Shown here in pieces: positions 6,256 through 15,912 of a stretch of DNA of 30,890 bases (positions are counted from its first letter, which is position 1; each line of letters starts with the position of its first letter). Source of the stretch: a virus (lineage: Duplodnaviria > Caudoviricetes); the IMG/VR virus record IMGVR_UViG_3300031811_000006, positions 1-30,890 of that record; one strand, 5' to 3'. A program made the position numbers and the translations under genes. The notes under the pieces were generated by a model that saw only the letters and a program-made list of their open reading frames with translations, was not told the DNA's origin and did no database searches.

Positions 6256-7269
6256 ATGAAAACAGCTATTATTTTTGGCGTTACCGGACAGGACGGTAGC
6301 CACCTTGCAGATTTACTCTTGGAAAAAAACTACAGTGTTATTGGAGTGTCTAGGCGTTCTAGTACTGACAATACAGGTAGAATCAAACATATCCTCAGTA
6401 ATGAGAATTTCAAAGTGGTTCAAGGTGACATAACAGACGCCTTTAGCGTTTCAGGAATACTTAAAGAATACGTTCATGTAGATGAAATCTATAATCTAGC
6501 AGCTCAGTCTCACGTCGCCGTGTCGTTTAAACAACCAGCACTTACTTGGGATATTACAGGAAAGGGTTGTCTTAACATTTTACAGAGCATGATTGACTTA
6601 GACATGATTGGTACCAGATTTTACCAAGCTAGCAGCAGTGAAATGTATGGAAAAAGCTTTGATGTTAGAATGAACACCGCTTTTCATGGCGAAGAAGAAA
6701 AATATCAAAACGAAGACACCAAGTTTTCACCACAATCACCATACGCGATAGCCAAGTGTGCCGCACACTACATGACTAGGCTAGTAAGAGAAGGGTATGG
6801 TATACACGCGAGTGCCGGAATCCTATTTAATCACGAAGGTCCGCGTAGAGGCGAAGCATTCGTTACGAGAAAGATTACAAAGTGGATTGGCGAATTCGTT
6901 AAAAGCGGATTCGATCCAGAGTTTCCAAAGCTACGTCTAGGAAACTTGGAAGCTTATAGAGATTGGGGGTATGCGGGAGATTACGTGGAAGCCATGTGGA
7001 TGATGCTCCAGCAGGAAAGTCCAGATGATTATGTCATTTGCACTGGTAAAACTCATACTATTCGCGAGTTCTTAGACGTAGCATTTAAACACGCAGGAAT
7101 TGATAACTGGTCTGATTACGTGGTTCAAGACCCAGAGTTTTACAGACCAGCCGAGGTGGATTATTTAAGAGGATGTAATAAAAAGGCCGCTAGCACCTTG
7201 GGATGGACACCTAAGTACTCCTTCGAGGATCTTATAAAGCTGATGGTGGAGCATGATATTCAAGATTAA
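6256..7269 (+). CDS. gmd: GDP-mannose 4,6-dehydratase
   Basis: GVTGQDG, YNLAAQSHV, QASSSEMYG, SPYAIAK, LFNHEGPRRG..FVTRKIT, RDWG, RPAEVD. Confidence 0.96.
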   Translation: MKTAIIFGVTGQDGSHLADLLLEKNYSVIGVSRRSSTDNTGRIKHILSNENFKVVQGDITDAFSVSGILKEYVHVDEIYNLAAQSHVAVSFKQPALTWDITGKGCLNILQSMIDLDMIGTRFYQASSSEMYGKSFDVRMNTAFHGEEEKYQNEDTKFSPQSPYAIAKCAAHYMTRLVREGYGIHASAGILFNHEGPRRGEAFVTRKITKWIGEFVKSGFDPEFPKLRLGNLEAYRDWGYAGDYVEAMWMMLQQESPDDYVICTGKTHTIREFLDVAFKHAGIDNWSDYVVQDPEFYRPAEVDYLRGCNKKAASTLGWTPKYSFEDLIKLMVEHDIQD

Positions 7270-7523
7270 TGATAATTTACAAAGTAACACTAGACCTGAC
7301 ACTGGTTATGTCCCGCTTAAAGGGCTTTAGGTTAGGAGAATTTAATTCTGTACAACCCACCGTGTTCACTGAGGCGAGCAATCCAGACGATGCGTGTTAT
7401 TTTACATTTTGTAGATTTTCAGAAACGATACTCAAACAAAAAGAAACAGCCTCCACCGCAATTTTATTAAAGGATATATTAAATGATGTTAGGATAACTA
7501 GAGTGATCCAATCTAATGCGTAG
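7269..7523 (+). CDS. Hypothetical protein
   Basis: Overlap-coupled ORF in the operon. Confidence 0.7.
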   Translation: MIIYKVTLDLTLVMSRLKGFRLGEFNSVQPTVFTEASNPDDACYFTFCRFSETILKQKETASTAILLKDILNDVRITRVIQSNA

Positions 7524-7782
7524 AAACTACGACGATCCAGTGTATGCCGAATGGCGTAAGCGAGTATTATCTAGAGATAAGTACAAGTGCCAGATGCCAC
7601 ATTGTAAAACCAAGCGACGGTTACAGGTGCATCACATAAGAAAGTGGTCTTCAGCATCCATGCTAAGGTTTGAAATGGACAATGGAATTACACTCTGTTC
7701 AAGGTGCCACAAGGAGGTCACATCCAACGAGCACTTTTATGAAAGATTGTTTACAGAAATAGTGAGAAAAAAGCATGGCTAA
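7516..7782 (+). CDS. Small HNH endonuclease (possibly terminase-associated, HK97 gp74-like)
   Basis: W.K.VL.RD.Y.CQ..C...LQVHHI...NGITLC..CH. Confidence 0.88.
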   Translation: MRRNYDDPVYAEWRKRVLSRDKYKCQMPHCKTKRRLQVHHIRKWSSASMLRFEMDNGITLCSRCHKEVTSNEHFYERLFTEIVRKKHG

Positions 7783-8281
7783 AGCACCGTCGTATACAGT
7801 AGTAAAAGATAGCAGAGAACAAGATGGCTACACATTCAACAGGTACACAAGTAGATACCACGATTGCAGCGGCATGGTGGTTAGAAAATTAGACACCGGC
7901 GATTATTCAATAGAAGGCCTAGAGGACAAGGTTTGCATAGAAAGAAAGGGTAGGATATCGGAACTCGCTATCAACCTAGGCAAAGATAAGCACAGGTTCA
8001 TGCGTGAGATAGAAAGAATGAAAGGGTTCCCCTTTAAATTTCTCGTCCTTGAATTCTCCCTAGAGGACGTTATGAGTTTTCCTGAGGGGTCAGACATACC
8101 AGACGAAAACTGGAATTCGTTAAAAATAACTAATAAGTATATGCTTAAGATGTTAATAGAGTTTCAGATGTATGATGACATACATGTCATATTCTGTGAC
8201 AGCAAGAAGAACGCAAAACTTGTTGTTAGCAGTATACTGAAACGTGTAAACGAATACTACTCTATTGGGAGGAAGAAGTGA
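7775..8281 (+). CDS. ERCC4-domain (XPF/Mus81-like) nuclease
   Basis: DSREQ ... LDTGDYS ... IERK motifs, followed by RF.RE.ERM. Confidence 0.85.
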   Translation: MAKAPSYTVVKDSREQDGYTFNRYTSRYHDCSGMVVRKLDTGDYSIEGLEDKVCIERKGRISELAINLGKDKHRFMREIERMKGFPFKFLVLEFSLEDVMSFPEGSDIPDENWNSLKITNKYMLKMLIEFQMYDDIHVIFCDSKKNAKLVVSSILKRVNEYYSIGRKK

Positions 8282-8931
8282 CAATAAATGTTGACATGAT
8301 TTCAGATATCAATTCTCACGGTGTAGATGTTAAAAATAGAGAACTATTCTTACACAGCTACATTGCCAATAGTGAGGAAGATCCTGGGGTGGATCACAAA
8401 ATGGTGGCTATGGTCTATAAAAACATACGGCTGCTAGATAACCTATCCAAAGACCCCATACTAATTCATATGAACAGTATAGGGGGTAACTGGAATGACG
8501 GAATGGCTATCTACGATTCTATACTCCTTTGCGAATCTTATGTCACAATTATAGCCTACGGACAGGCCGAGTCCATGGGTAGCATAATTTTACAGGCCGC
8601 CGACAATAGAGTTATGACACCAAACTCATATTTCATGTGCCACTTCGGATCAAGTGAGTACTCTGGTAACTATCTAGATGTACAGAAGGGTGCGGCTCTT
8701 GAGAAGAGGCAGATGGACAAGATGTTAGATATATATTCCGATTCTTGTATTAAAGGAAAGTACTTTAAGGAACAGTATTCCGACACTACAGAGGAGAAGG
8801 TTAAAAATTATTTAAAAAGAAAGTTCAAGGACGGAGACTGGTATCTAGACCCGAACGAAGCAGTTTTTTATGGCTTTGCAGATTGCGTATTAAAAACAAG
8901 AAAGTGTCCGACTATTGACGATGTCAAATAA
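8278..8931 (+). CDS. clpP: ClpP-like serine protease (GTG start)
   Basis: I.IHMNSIGG, AIYD, GQAESMGSIILQA (catalytic Ser), FMCH (His), DWYL...EAV.YGFAD (Asp). Confidence 0.85.
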   Translation: MTINVDMISDINSHGVDVKNRELFLHSYIANSEEDPGVDHKMVAMVYKNIRLLDNLSKDPILIHMNSIGGNWNDGMAIYDSILLCESYVTIIAYGQAESMGSIILQAADNRVMTPNSYFMCHFGSSEYSGNYLDVQKGAALEKRQMDKMLDIYSDSCIKGKYFKEQYSDTTEEKVKNYLKRKFKDGDWYLDPNEAVFYGFADCVLKTRKCPTIDDVK

Positions 8932-8955
8932 TAGTGGAAAGGTAATTTTTTAAAC

Positions 8956-10293
8956 ATGTTAAAATTATGGGTTGATGATAATCATCATAATTATTGTGAT
9001 GGGATTTCACGAAGATTTGCATTAAAACTTGGTGCCGTAAGTTTAATGAATGGCTTAACATTGCCTCGATTGTTAGAATTACAAGCCAACGCATCTTCAG
9101 GAAAACCGGCTAAAGCTAAATCTTGTATTTTTTTGTTTTTGGAAGGTGGTCCTCCACACATGGATATGTTTGACCCCAAACCCGAATCCCCTAGTGATTA
9201 TAGAGGACCGTTTAAAACTATCAATACAAATGTTCCAGGAACTTTTCTCAGTGAGAATCTTCCATTATGTTCAAAAATTGCTGATAAATACACAATTATA
9301 CGTAGTCACAGTCATAATGACAATGGTCATACAACAGGATATCATTTAGTTATGACGGGACATAAAGCTTCATTTGCAGATGGTAATAATCCAGTACCAA
9401 ATAATGAAACTTATCCCTCATTAGGATCTGTCGTGTCTCGTGCATTGGGACAGAATGGGCCACTTCCTCCATATATTAATTTACCACACGCTATGGCTGC
9501 TGGTGGACCCGGATTCTATGGAGCACAACATGCCCCTTTTGTTATTGACGCCGATCCATCTCAACCTGATTTTACAGTGCGTGATCTAGTGCCATCTGCT
9601 CCCGCTAGCCGCCAAGCGTTACGCGATAGATTGTTAGCAGATATTGATGATTTAGAAAAAAGTCGTCTTCATGGACCCGCTAAAACTTTATCAGAATATT
9701 ATGAGAGGGCATATAGTTTAATTACTTCTCCTGAAGCTAAAAAAGCTTTTAATATTCATAAAGAATCTGATAAAAAACGAGAAGAATATGGATATAGTCA
9801 AATAGGGCAATGTGCATTGCTAGCACGTAGATTGGTCGAAGCGGGTTGTAGATTTGTTGGCGTTGACTCTCCCGGTTGGGACGTACATTTTAATTGCTTT
9901 CCAAGTTTAGGTAAAGACTTAATACCTCCTTCTGATCGTGCATTTAGTGCATTGATTAATGATTTAGAGAATAGTGGCCTTTTAGATGAAACCTTAGTTG
10001 TTATGATGGGTGAGATGGGACGTACTCCAAAAATTAATGCGATGGCTGGACGAGATCATTGGTCAATGGCTCAGTCTATTATATTAGCGGGTGGTGGAAT
10101 TAAACCGGGACAAGTTATAGGTGCAACTGATGAACATGCATCTGCTCCCATTACCGCCCCCGTTACAGTGCCAGACTTGCTTAGAACTATTCTTACACTA
10201 ATGGGTGTAGATACTGAAAAAATGCACTACGACCAACTAGGAAGACCACACCCCGTTGTTTCCGGTGGAGAATTAATCCAAGAAGTAATGTAA
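8956..10293 (+). CDS. DUF1501-family protein of the planctomycete type, with twin-arginine-like N-terminus
   Basis: CDGISRR..LKLG; AKSCIFLFLEGGPPHMDMFDPKP; LLARRLVEAG.RFV; WDVH; DL...GLLDETLVV.MGEMGRTPKIN..AGRDHW. Confidence 0.9.
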   Translation: MLKLWVDDNHHNYCDGISRRFALKLGAVSLMNGLTLPRLLELQANASSGKPAKAKSCIFLFLEGGPPHMDMFDPKPESPSDYRGPFKTINTNVPGTFLSENLPLCSKIADKYTIIRSHSHNDNGHTTGYHLVMTGHKASFADGNNPVPNNETYPSLGSVVSRALGQNGPLPPYINLPHAMAAGGPGFYGAQHAPFVIDADPSQPDFTVRDLVPSAPASRQALRDRLLADIDDLEKSRLHGPAKTLSEYYERAYSLITSPEAKKAFNIHKESDKKREEYGYSQIGQCALLARRLVEAGCRFVGVDSPGWDVHFNCFPSLGKDLIPPSDRAFSALINDLENSGLLDETLVVMMGEMGRTPKINAMAGRDHWSMAQSIILAGGGIKPGQVIGATDEHASAPITAPVTVPDLLRTILTLMGVDTEKMHYDQLGRPHPVVSGGELIQEVM

Positions 10294-10299
10294 CCTTAT

Positions 10300-12276
10300 A
10301 TGAATAAATTAAAAAACATAGATGAAGCTTGGCTAAACTTAGACATACAGGATAAGAATCTATTTAATCCTTTCAAGCTTGTCAATTTCAACGAAGATGA
10401 CTTCCACCTAAAGTTGCTTTGGCTTATGACTAGGCCAGAGTATTTTTCTTTTTTGTGCAAACATGTTTTCAAGATAAACATTCTTCCGTCTCAAGCACTA
10501 TTCTTGTGTGAAATGTGGGACAGAAGATTCCCCATGCTCATAGCTAGTCGTGGCTTCGGCAAATCCTTTATTTTGTCATTATACGCTATGATTAGGGCCT
10601 TGTTATTGCCGGAGAGAAAAGTGGTTATTGTGGGTGCTGCCTTCCGACAGTCTAAGGTTCTTTTTGAGTATATGGAAACAATCTGGAACAACTCCCCCAT
10701 ACTGAGAAGCATGTGTGATCATAATAGTGGTCCGAGGCGAGATGTTGACCGTTGCGTGATGAGGATCAATAACTCTAGAATAACTTGCCTCCCACTTGGC
10801 GATGGCCAGAAAATTCGTGGTCAACGTGCTAACGATATCATATCTGATGAGTTTGCATCAATTCCGCGAGATATCTTTGAAACAGTTGTAGCCGGTTTTG
10901 CCTCCGTCAGTTCTGACCCCATAGAGAATGTCAAAAAGATCGCAGCTAGGAAGAGAGCTAAAGAATTAGGTGTAGAGTTAGAAGAAGACTCCGATTCGGT
11001 TCTAGAGAGAAAAAACAATCAAATCATACTTTCGGGAACGGCGTACTACGACTTTAACCATTTTGCAGAGTACTGGAAAAAATGGAAGTCTATAATACAA
11101 AGTCGAGGCAGGTTAAATAGACTTAGGGAGATATTTGGCGAAGATCCACCAAAAGATTTTGACTGGAAAGACTACTCAATAATCCGTGTTCCTTACGAGC
11201 TTCTACCAGAGGGCTTCATGGACGCCTCACAGGTCGCTAGGTCGAAGGCAACGGTTCATGCCGGAATATATCAAATGGAGTTTGGAGCGTGCTTCACACG
11301 CGATTCCCAAGGGTTCTTTAAGCGTACCCTTCTTGAGAGCTGTGTAACCAGTGATACAGATTCCGTAAAAGACTCCAAAGGAGAAGAGATATGCTTCCAA
11401 GCACAACTCAGGGGCGGCATGGACAAGAAGTACATCTTTGGGGTTGATCCAGCATCTGAAGTAGATAACTTCAGTATCGTTGTGCTAGAGTGCAATGCAG
11501 ACCATAGAAGGATCGTACACTGTTGGACGACAAATAGATCTGAACATAAAGAAAAAGTCAAGAGTGGTTATTCGTCCGAGAGCGATTTCTATGCCTACTG
11601 TGCTAGAAAGATAAGAGACCTCATGCGAATCTTCCCGTGTGTTCATATTGCCATGGATGCTGGTGGCGGCGGCATTGCCGTAATGGAGTCACTTCACGAC
11701 AACGACAAGATAGGGGAGGGTGAATTACCTATCTGGCCAGCTATAGATGAAGATAAACCAAAAGACACAGACGACCACAGGGGTTTGCATATCCTTGAGA
11801 TGTGTCAGTTTTCTAAGTACGACTGGTTATCTGAGGCAAACCACGGGATGAGAAAAGACTTTGAAGACAAGGCGTTACTGTTCCCAATGTTTGATTCTGT
11901 AAGCTTAGGCATAGCAAACGTCGAGGACGGATTAAAGGGCAGAAGCTATGACACACTAGAACAATGCGTCATGGAAATAGAAGATCTAAAGGATGAGCTG
12001 ACTATGATTCAGATAACCCAAACAGCAACGGGGAGAGACAAATGGGACACCCCCGAGACCGTCATAGGAACGGGTAAAAAGGGAAAACTAAGGAAAGACC
12101 GTTACTCGGCATTGCTCATGGCCAACATGTCCGCTAGAACTCTAGCTAGACTACCGGAGGCCACAATATACAATTTCTACGGGGGTTTTGCCACCATTTC
12201 TCAAGACCTAAAGGTTGACGGAAAGGACTTTTCTGGCCCCAGCTGGTTCACCGACAGTATTGATGGAGCTTATTAG
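10300..12276 (+). CDS. terL: Terminase large subunit
   Basis: Walker A ASRGFGKS, IRGQRA..IISDEF Walker B, coupling motif SGT, RNase H-like FGVDPA and C-terminal KDRYSA. Confidence 0.92.
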   Translation: MNKLKNIDEAWLNLDIQDKNLFNPFKLVNFNEDDFHLKLLWLMTRPEYFSFLCKHVFKINILPSQALFLCEMWDRRFPMLIASRGFGKSFILSLYAMIRALLLPERKVVIVGAAFRQSKVLFEYMETIWNNSPILRSMCDHNSGPRRDVDRCVMRINNSRITCLPLGDGQKIRGQRANDIISDEFASIPRDIFETVVAGFASVSSDPIENVKKIAARKRAKELGVELEEDSDSVLERKNNQIILSGTAYYDFNHFAEYWKKWKSIIQSRGRLNRLREIFGEDPPKDFDWKDYSIIRVPYELLPEGFMDASQVARSKATVHAGIYQMEFGACFTRDSQGFFKRTLLESCVTSDTDSVKDSKGEEICFQAQLRGGMDKKYIFGVDPASEVDNFSIVVLECNADHRRIVHCWTTNRSEHKEKVKSGYSSESDFYAYCARKIRDLMRIFPCVHIAMDAGGGGIAVMESLHDNDKIGEGELPIWPAIDEDKPKDTDDHRGLHILEMCQFSKYDWLSEANHGMRKDFEDKALLFPMFDSVSLGIANVEDGLKGRSYDTLEQCVMEIEDLKDELTMIQITQTATGRDKWDTPETVIGTGKKGKLRKDRYSALLMANMSARTLARLPEATIYNFYGGFATISQDLKVDGKDFSGPSWFTDSIDGAY

Positions 12277-12283
12277 GTTTTTT

Positions 12284-12291
12284 GTGTATAA
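12284..12291 (+). promoter_or_regulatory. Putative late promoter motif GTGTATAA
   Basis: TTTTTTTGTGTATAA upstream of the portal gene. Confidence 0.65.
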
Positions 12292-12337
12292 ACTAATAGC
12301 AATCCAATTACAGTCCAATTGTTTATAGGAACCAATA

Positions 12338-14344
12338 ATGTCAAAAGACTCTTTTATAACTTGGAATGAAGGTGACAATGTCGGCAAAGCCAAGGCTTTT
12401 GAGAGGTTCTCAGACTCTATAGAGTCATACGAGGGAATCTCGCGTGGATCTCAAAGGGATTTTCTCAATGTAGAACCAAACAGGTCCGTAAGACCTAGTT
12501 ACACTAACCAAGATTATTATGCTTTTAGGCCAGAAGAGCAAATACCAAAGAGGCAGAAACGCATTATCAAGATGTGTATGGATGCTTATGATAAAGTTGG
12601 TATCGTACGAAATATTATTGATTTGATGGGGGATTTTGGTAGCCAAGGCATAAGTATTGTTCATGAAAATAAGAGCGTAGAGAAGTTCTTTCAACAATGG
12701 TTTAGAAAAATTGACGGAAAAGAGAGATCAGAGAGATTCTTAAACAACCTCTACAGGACTGGCCAAGTATTCATTTATAAGAGTTTTGCAAACATTACTC
12801 CCGAGATAAGTACTTATATCAAGTCTCTTGGTAACGATATCACCTTAGAACTTCCGAACATAGAAAGCTCCGTAGTTCCTTGGAGATACAACTTCTTTAA
12901 CCCGTTAACCATAGACATGAAGGATGGAGAAGTAAACCTATTCCTAGGCAGAAAGAACTTCCAGCTTACTGCCAATTCTTTCTTTGAAAACTTTAAAGAT
13001 GGGTCTATTCCAACCAAGGTTCTTGAGACCCTTCCAAGAAATGTCAAGCAGGCTATAAAGCGTGGCGACAAAAAGATAACTCTAGATCCAGAGCGTTTGT
13101 CTGTATTCTATTATAAGAAAGACGACTGGCAGCAGTGGGCACACCCCCTAGTGTATGCTATACTCGACGATATCATTATGCTGGAAAAGATGCGTTTAGC
13201 GGATTTATCCGCACTCGACGGAGCCATTTCTAATATTAGGCTGTGGACACTTGGTAGCTTGGACCACAAGATATTACCCAACAAAACGGCTATCAATAAG
13301 CTTAGAAACATATTGGCCAGTAATGTTGGTGGAGGTACGATGGAGCTAGTTTGGGGTCCGGAGCTTACCTATACCGAGTCCAACAGTCAAGTCTACAAAT
13401 TCCTAGGCTCCGAAAAATATACCTCTGTCCTGAACAGCATTTATGCTGGACTAGGCGTTCCCCCAACCTTAACGGGGATGGCTGGTAATGGCGGAGGGTT
13501 TACGAATAACTTCATATCTCTCAAGACCCTAGTTGAGCGATTGCAATACGGTAGAGATCAACTCACTAAATTCTGGCAAAAAGAGGTTGAGTTTGTTAGG
13601 AAGGCGATGGGCTTCAGGAAGCCAGCACATGTGACGTTCGACCAAATGAGTCTTTCGGACGAGGCCGCTGAAAAGAACCTTCTTATTCAATTGGCGGATA
13701 GAGACATCATTAGTCACGAAACAATACTAGAAAGATTCAAAGAGATACCCTCTGTAGAGAAGATGAGGCTCAAGCGAGAGAGTAAAGATAGGGACAAAGA
13801 AAGACTGCCCGATAAGGCTAGCCCATTTCATAACGCTAACCACAAGAAGGATCTTGAGAAGATGGATAAACAGTCTGAGATTAATGAGGACGAGAAGGAA
13901 CAGCTCTCAACAGAGAAACGCCCTAAAGACAATGATAACGGTAGGCCACCATTCAAAAAAGACGAGGGGCCTAGAAAGAAAAGGGTTGAAACCCCCAAAT
14001 CGAAGCCTGGATTAGCAGACATGATCGTCTGGGCATCATCTACTTTTGATTCCCTGTCCGTGCTCTCTAAGGCCTACCTCGGGACTAGGGGGAAGTCAAA
14101 CATGAGGCAGCTGACCAAGACTGAAGCTTCAGAGTTAGAAGGGCTTAAAATTGATGTTCTTACCAAACTAGACCCGCTGTCGCAGGTAGACAACGAATCT
14201 ATTTTTAAGGCTCTTAGTCAAAAATCTTCCAATAAAGGCTTTAAAACCTGCTTAAAAACTAACCAAATATCACTAGACTCCATGACCATGGATGGGTACA
14301 AGAAAGCGGTCGTCGGTGCATTTGTGGAGTTTTTCTACACCTAA
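12338..14344 (+). CDS. Portal protein
   Basis: Between TerL and protease/MCP; GIVRNIIDLM, I...LGVP..L and charged C-terminal tail typical of portals. Confidence 0.8.
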   Translation: MSKDSFITWNEGDNVGKAKAFERFSDSIESYEGISRGSQRDFLNVEPNRSVRPSYTNQDYYAFRPEEQIPKRQKRIIKMCMDAYDKVGIVRNIIDLMGDFGSQGISIVHENKSVEKFFQQWFRKIDGKERSERFLNNLYRTGQVFIYKSFANITPEISTYIKSLGNDITLELPNIESSVVPWRYNFFNPLTIDMKDGEVNLFLGRKNFQLTANSFFENFKDGSIPTKVLETLPRNVKQAIKRGDKKITLDPERLSVFYYKKDDWQQWAHPLVYAILDDIIMLEKMRLADLSALDGAISNIRLWTLGSLDHKILPNKTAINKLRNILASNVGGGTMELVWGPELTYTESNSQVYKFLGSEKYTSVLNSIYAGLGVPPTLTGMAGNGGGFTNNFISLKTLVERLQYGRDQLTKFWQKEVEFVRKAMGFRKPAHVTFDQMSLSDEAAEKNLLIQLADRDIISHETILERFKEIPSVEKMRLKRESKDRDKERLPDKASPFHNANHKKDLEKMDKQSEINEDEKEQLSTEKRPKDNDNGRPPFKKDEGPRKKRVETPKSKPGLADMIVWASSTFDSLSVLSKAYLGTRGKSNMRQLTKTEASELEGLKIDVLTKLDPLSQVDNESIFKALSQKSSNKGFKTCLKTNQISLDSMTMDGYKKAVVGAFVEFFYT

Positions 14345-14376
14345 CTTAAGGTTTTTTACGGAAAAAAATATTTTTT

Positions 14377-14384
14377 GTGTATAA
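14377..14384 (+). promoter_or_regulatory. Putative late promoter motif GTGTATAA
   Basis: TTTTTTGTGTATAA upstream of the protease/scaffold gene. Confidence 0.65.
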
Positions 14385-14401
14385 TTCTGTGAGGCTCAAA
14401 A

Positions 14402-15880
14402 ATGACAATAAAAATTTACCCAAAAGAGATAGATGATGGCATTGGCGAACTCGTCAAGAGTACGGCCAGTGTTTCGTATTGCTCTGAAGCAAAGATCAAT
14501 ACAGCTGCCATAGAAACCGCTAAAGACGTTATTTCCGATCCTAGCATTTTGGAAAAAATCATGGCGGAAAACAAAGACCAAATAGATTTACACTACCTAG
14601 AATCTGTTTTGGTTTCATGTGGCTGGAACAAGAATGATGACGTGTTTTTAGCTCAATCGACTTGGGACGCTAGAGGCACGCCAGAAGACAAGCAATTCAA
14701 CTTTATGCACGACGAAAATGATATCATCGGGCATATTACCGGAAGCTATGTCTTAACTAAAGACGGAAAAGCTGTTGCTGATGGTGCAGACATGCCTGAA
14801 GATTTTGATATCATAACTCAGGCCGTCCTATACAACAGTTGGACCGACGAAGAAAACAGAGAGAGGATGCAAAAAATCATTTCCGAAATTCGGGAGGGCA
14901 AATGGTTTGTTTCTATGGAATGTCTTTTTTCTGGATTTGATTATGCCCTTCAAGGCCCAGATGGTGAGGCAAAGTTATTAGCCAGAAGCGAAGATTCTGC
15001 GTTCTTAACGAAACACCTTCGAGCTTACGGGGGAACGGGTGAGTATGAGGGATATAAAATAGGGCGTGCTTTATCCAACATAGCCTTTTCTGGCAAGGGT
15101 CTGGTCTCTAGACCGGCTAACCCCCGAAGTGTTATACTTAATAGCAAGAGCACCGCCCAATTTAATGTACAAGAGATGAATTCTAACCTTTCTATAGTAG
15201 GAGATTTTAACATGTCCGATACGACGCTTTTAGAAAAGCAGTTAGCTGAAGTGCAGGCCGATCTTGCAGATGCAAAGGCCGAAAACGAAGCTATTAAAGT
15301 GAAGATTGAAGACGCAAAAGACAAAGAGTTTGCATCTACAATTGAAGCTTTTGAAACAGAGGCTGGACAAAGTAACGCTAAGATTGATGAACTTAATGAA
15401 CTCATTAAGTCCACTCAAGCTCGTGTTGCCGAACTTGAAGATCAGCTCGCAACTTCTCAGACCGATTTGGCAGACGCCATTCAGACTGTAGAGGCGATGG
15501 AACAAAAAGAGAAGACGGAAAAGAGAAAAGCTGCCCTCATTGAAGCTGGTATCAGCGAAGCAGATGTAGAAGCGTCTCTTACCAGTTTTGACGCCCTAGG
15601 CGATGAAGCTTTTGAATCCGTCGTTGCCCTTATGAAAAAGAAGGCTGCGTGGCCTCCCGAAAAGGACGAAGACAAAAAGGACAAAAAGGACAAAAAGGGC
15701 AAAAAGGACGAGGAAGTCAAATCTGAAGAAACTGAAGCTGAAGAAGTGACAGAAGAGGTTTTTGCAGATCTTGAGTCTTCAGAAGCCACCTTGGTGGAGT
15801 CCGAAGAAGTGGACGAAATCGAACAAACTAGGGCCAGTATTGCTGACTGGTTTGAAACTCACGTCCTCAATACCAAATAA
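14402..15880 (+). CDS. Probable prohead protease fused to a coiled-coil scaffold
   Basis: N-terminal N.NDDVF / H....IIGH / VSMEC / G.GLV..PA domain; acidic coiled-coil C-terminal half; lies before the capsid genes. Confidence 0.7.
   Translation: MTIKIYPKEIDDGIGELVKSTASVSYCSEAKINTAAIETAKDVISDPSILEKIMAENKDQIDLHYLESVLVSCGWNKNDDVFLAQSTWDARGTPEDKQFNFMHDENDIIGHITGSYVLTKDGKAVADGADMPEDFDIITQAVLYNSWTDEENRERMQKIISEIREGKWFVSMECLFSGFDYALQGPDGEAKLLARSEDSAFLTKHLRAYGGTGEYEGYKIGRALSNIAFSGKGLVSRPANPRSVILNSKSTAQFNVQEMNSNLSIVGDFNMSDTTLLEKQLAEVQADLADAKAENEAIKVKIEDAKDKEFASTIEAFETEAGQSNAKIDELNELIKSTQARVAELEDQLATSQTDLADAIQTVEAMEQKEKTEKRKAALIEAGISEADVEASLTSFDALGDEAFESVVALMKKKAAWPPEKDEDKKDKKDKKGKKDEEVKSEETEAEEVTEEVFADLESSEATLVESEEVDEIEQTRASIADWFETHVLNTK
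15212..15880 (+). CDS. Probable nested in-frame scaffolding protein (222 aa, MSDTTLL)
   Basis: Internal AGGAGA (15199-15204) 7 nt before the in-frame ATG, at the domain boundary. Confidence 0.6.
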   Translation: MSDTTLLEKQLAEVQADLADAKAENEAIKVKIEDAKDKEFASTIEAFETEAGQSNAKIDELNELIKSTQARVAELEDQLATSQTDLADAIQTVEAMEQKEKTEKRKAALIEAGISEADVEASLTSFDALGDEAFESVVALMKKKAAWPPEKDEDKKDKKDKKGKKDEEVKSEETEAEEVTEEVFADLESSEATLVESEEVDEIEQTRASIADWFETHVLNTK

Positions 15881-15912
15881 TTTTTTTCTCAAATGATAAA
15901 AGGAGAATAACA

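Noticed and set aside
10300-14344. Intein or intron in terminase or portal
   Set aside because: Reading frames are continuous; no intein splice or LAGLIDADG motifs seen
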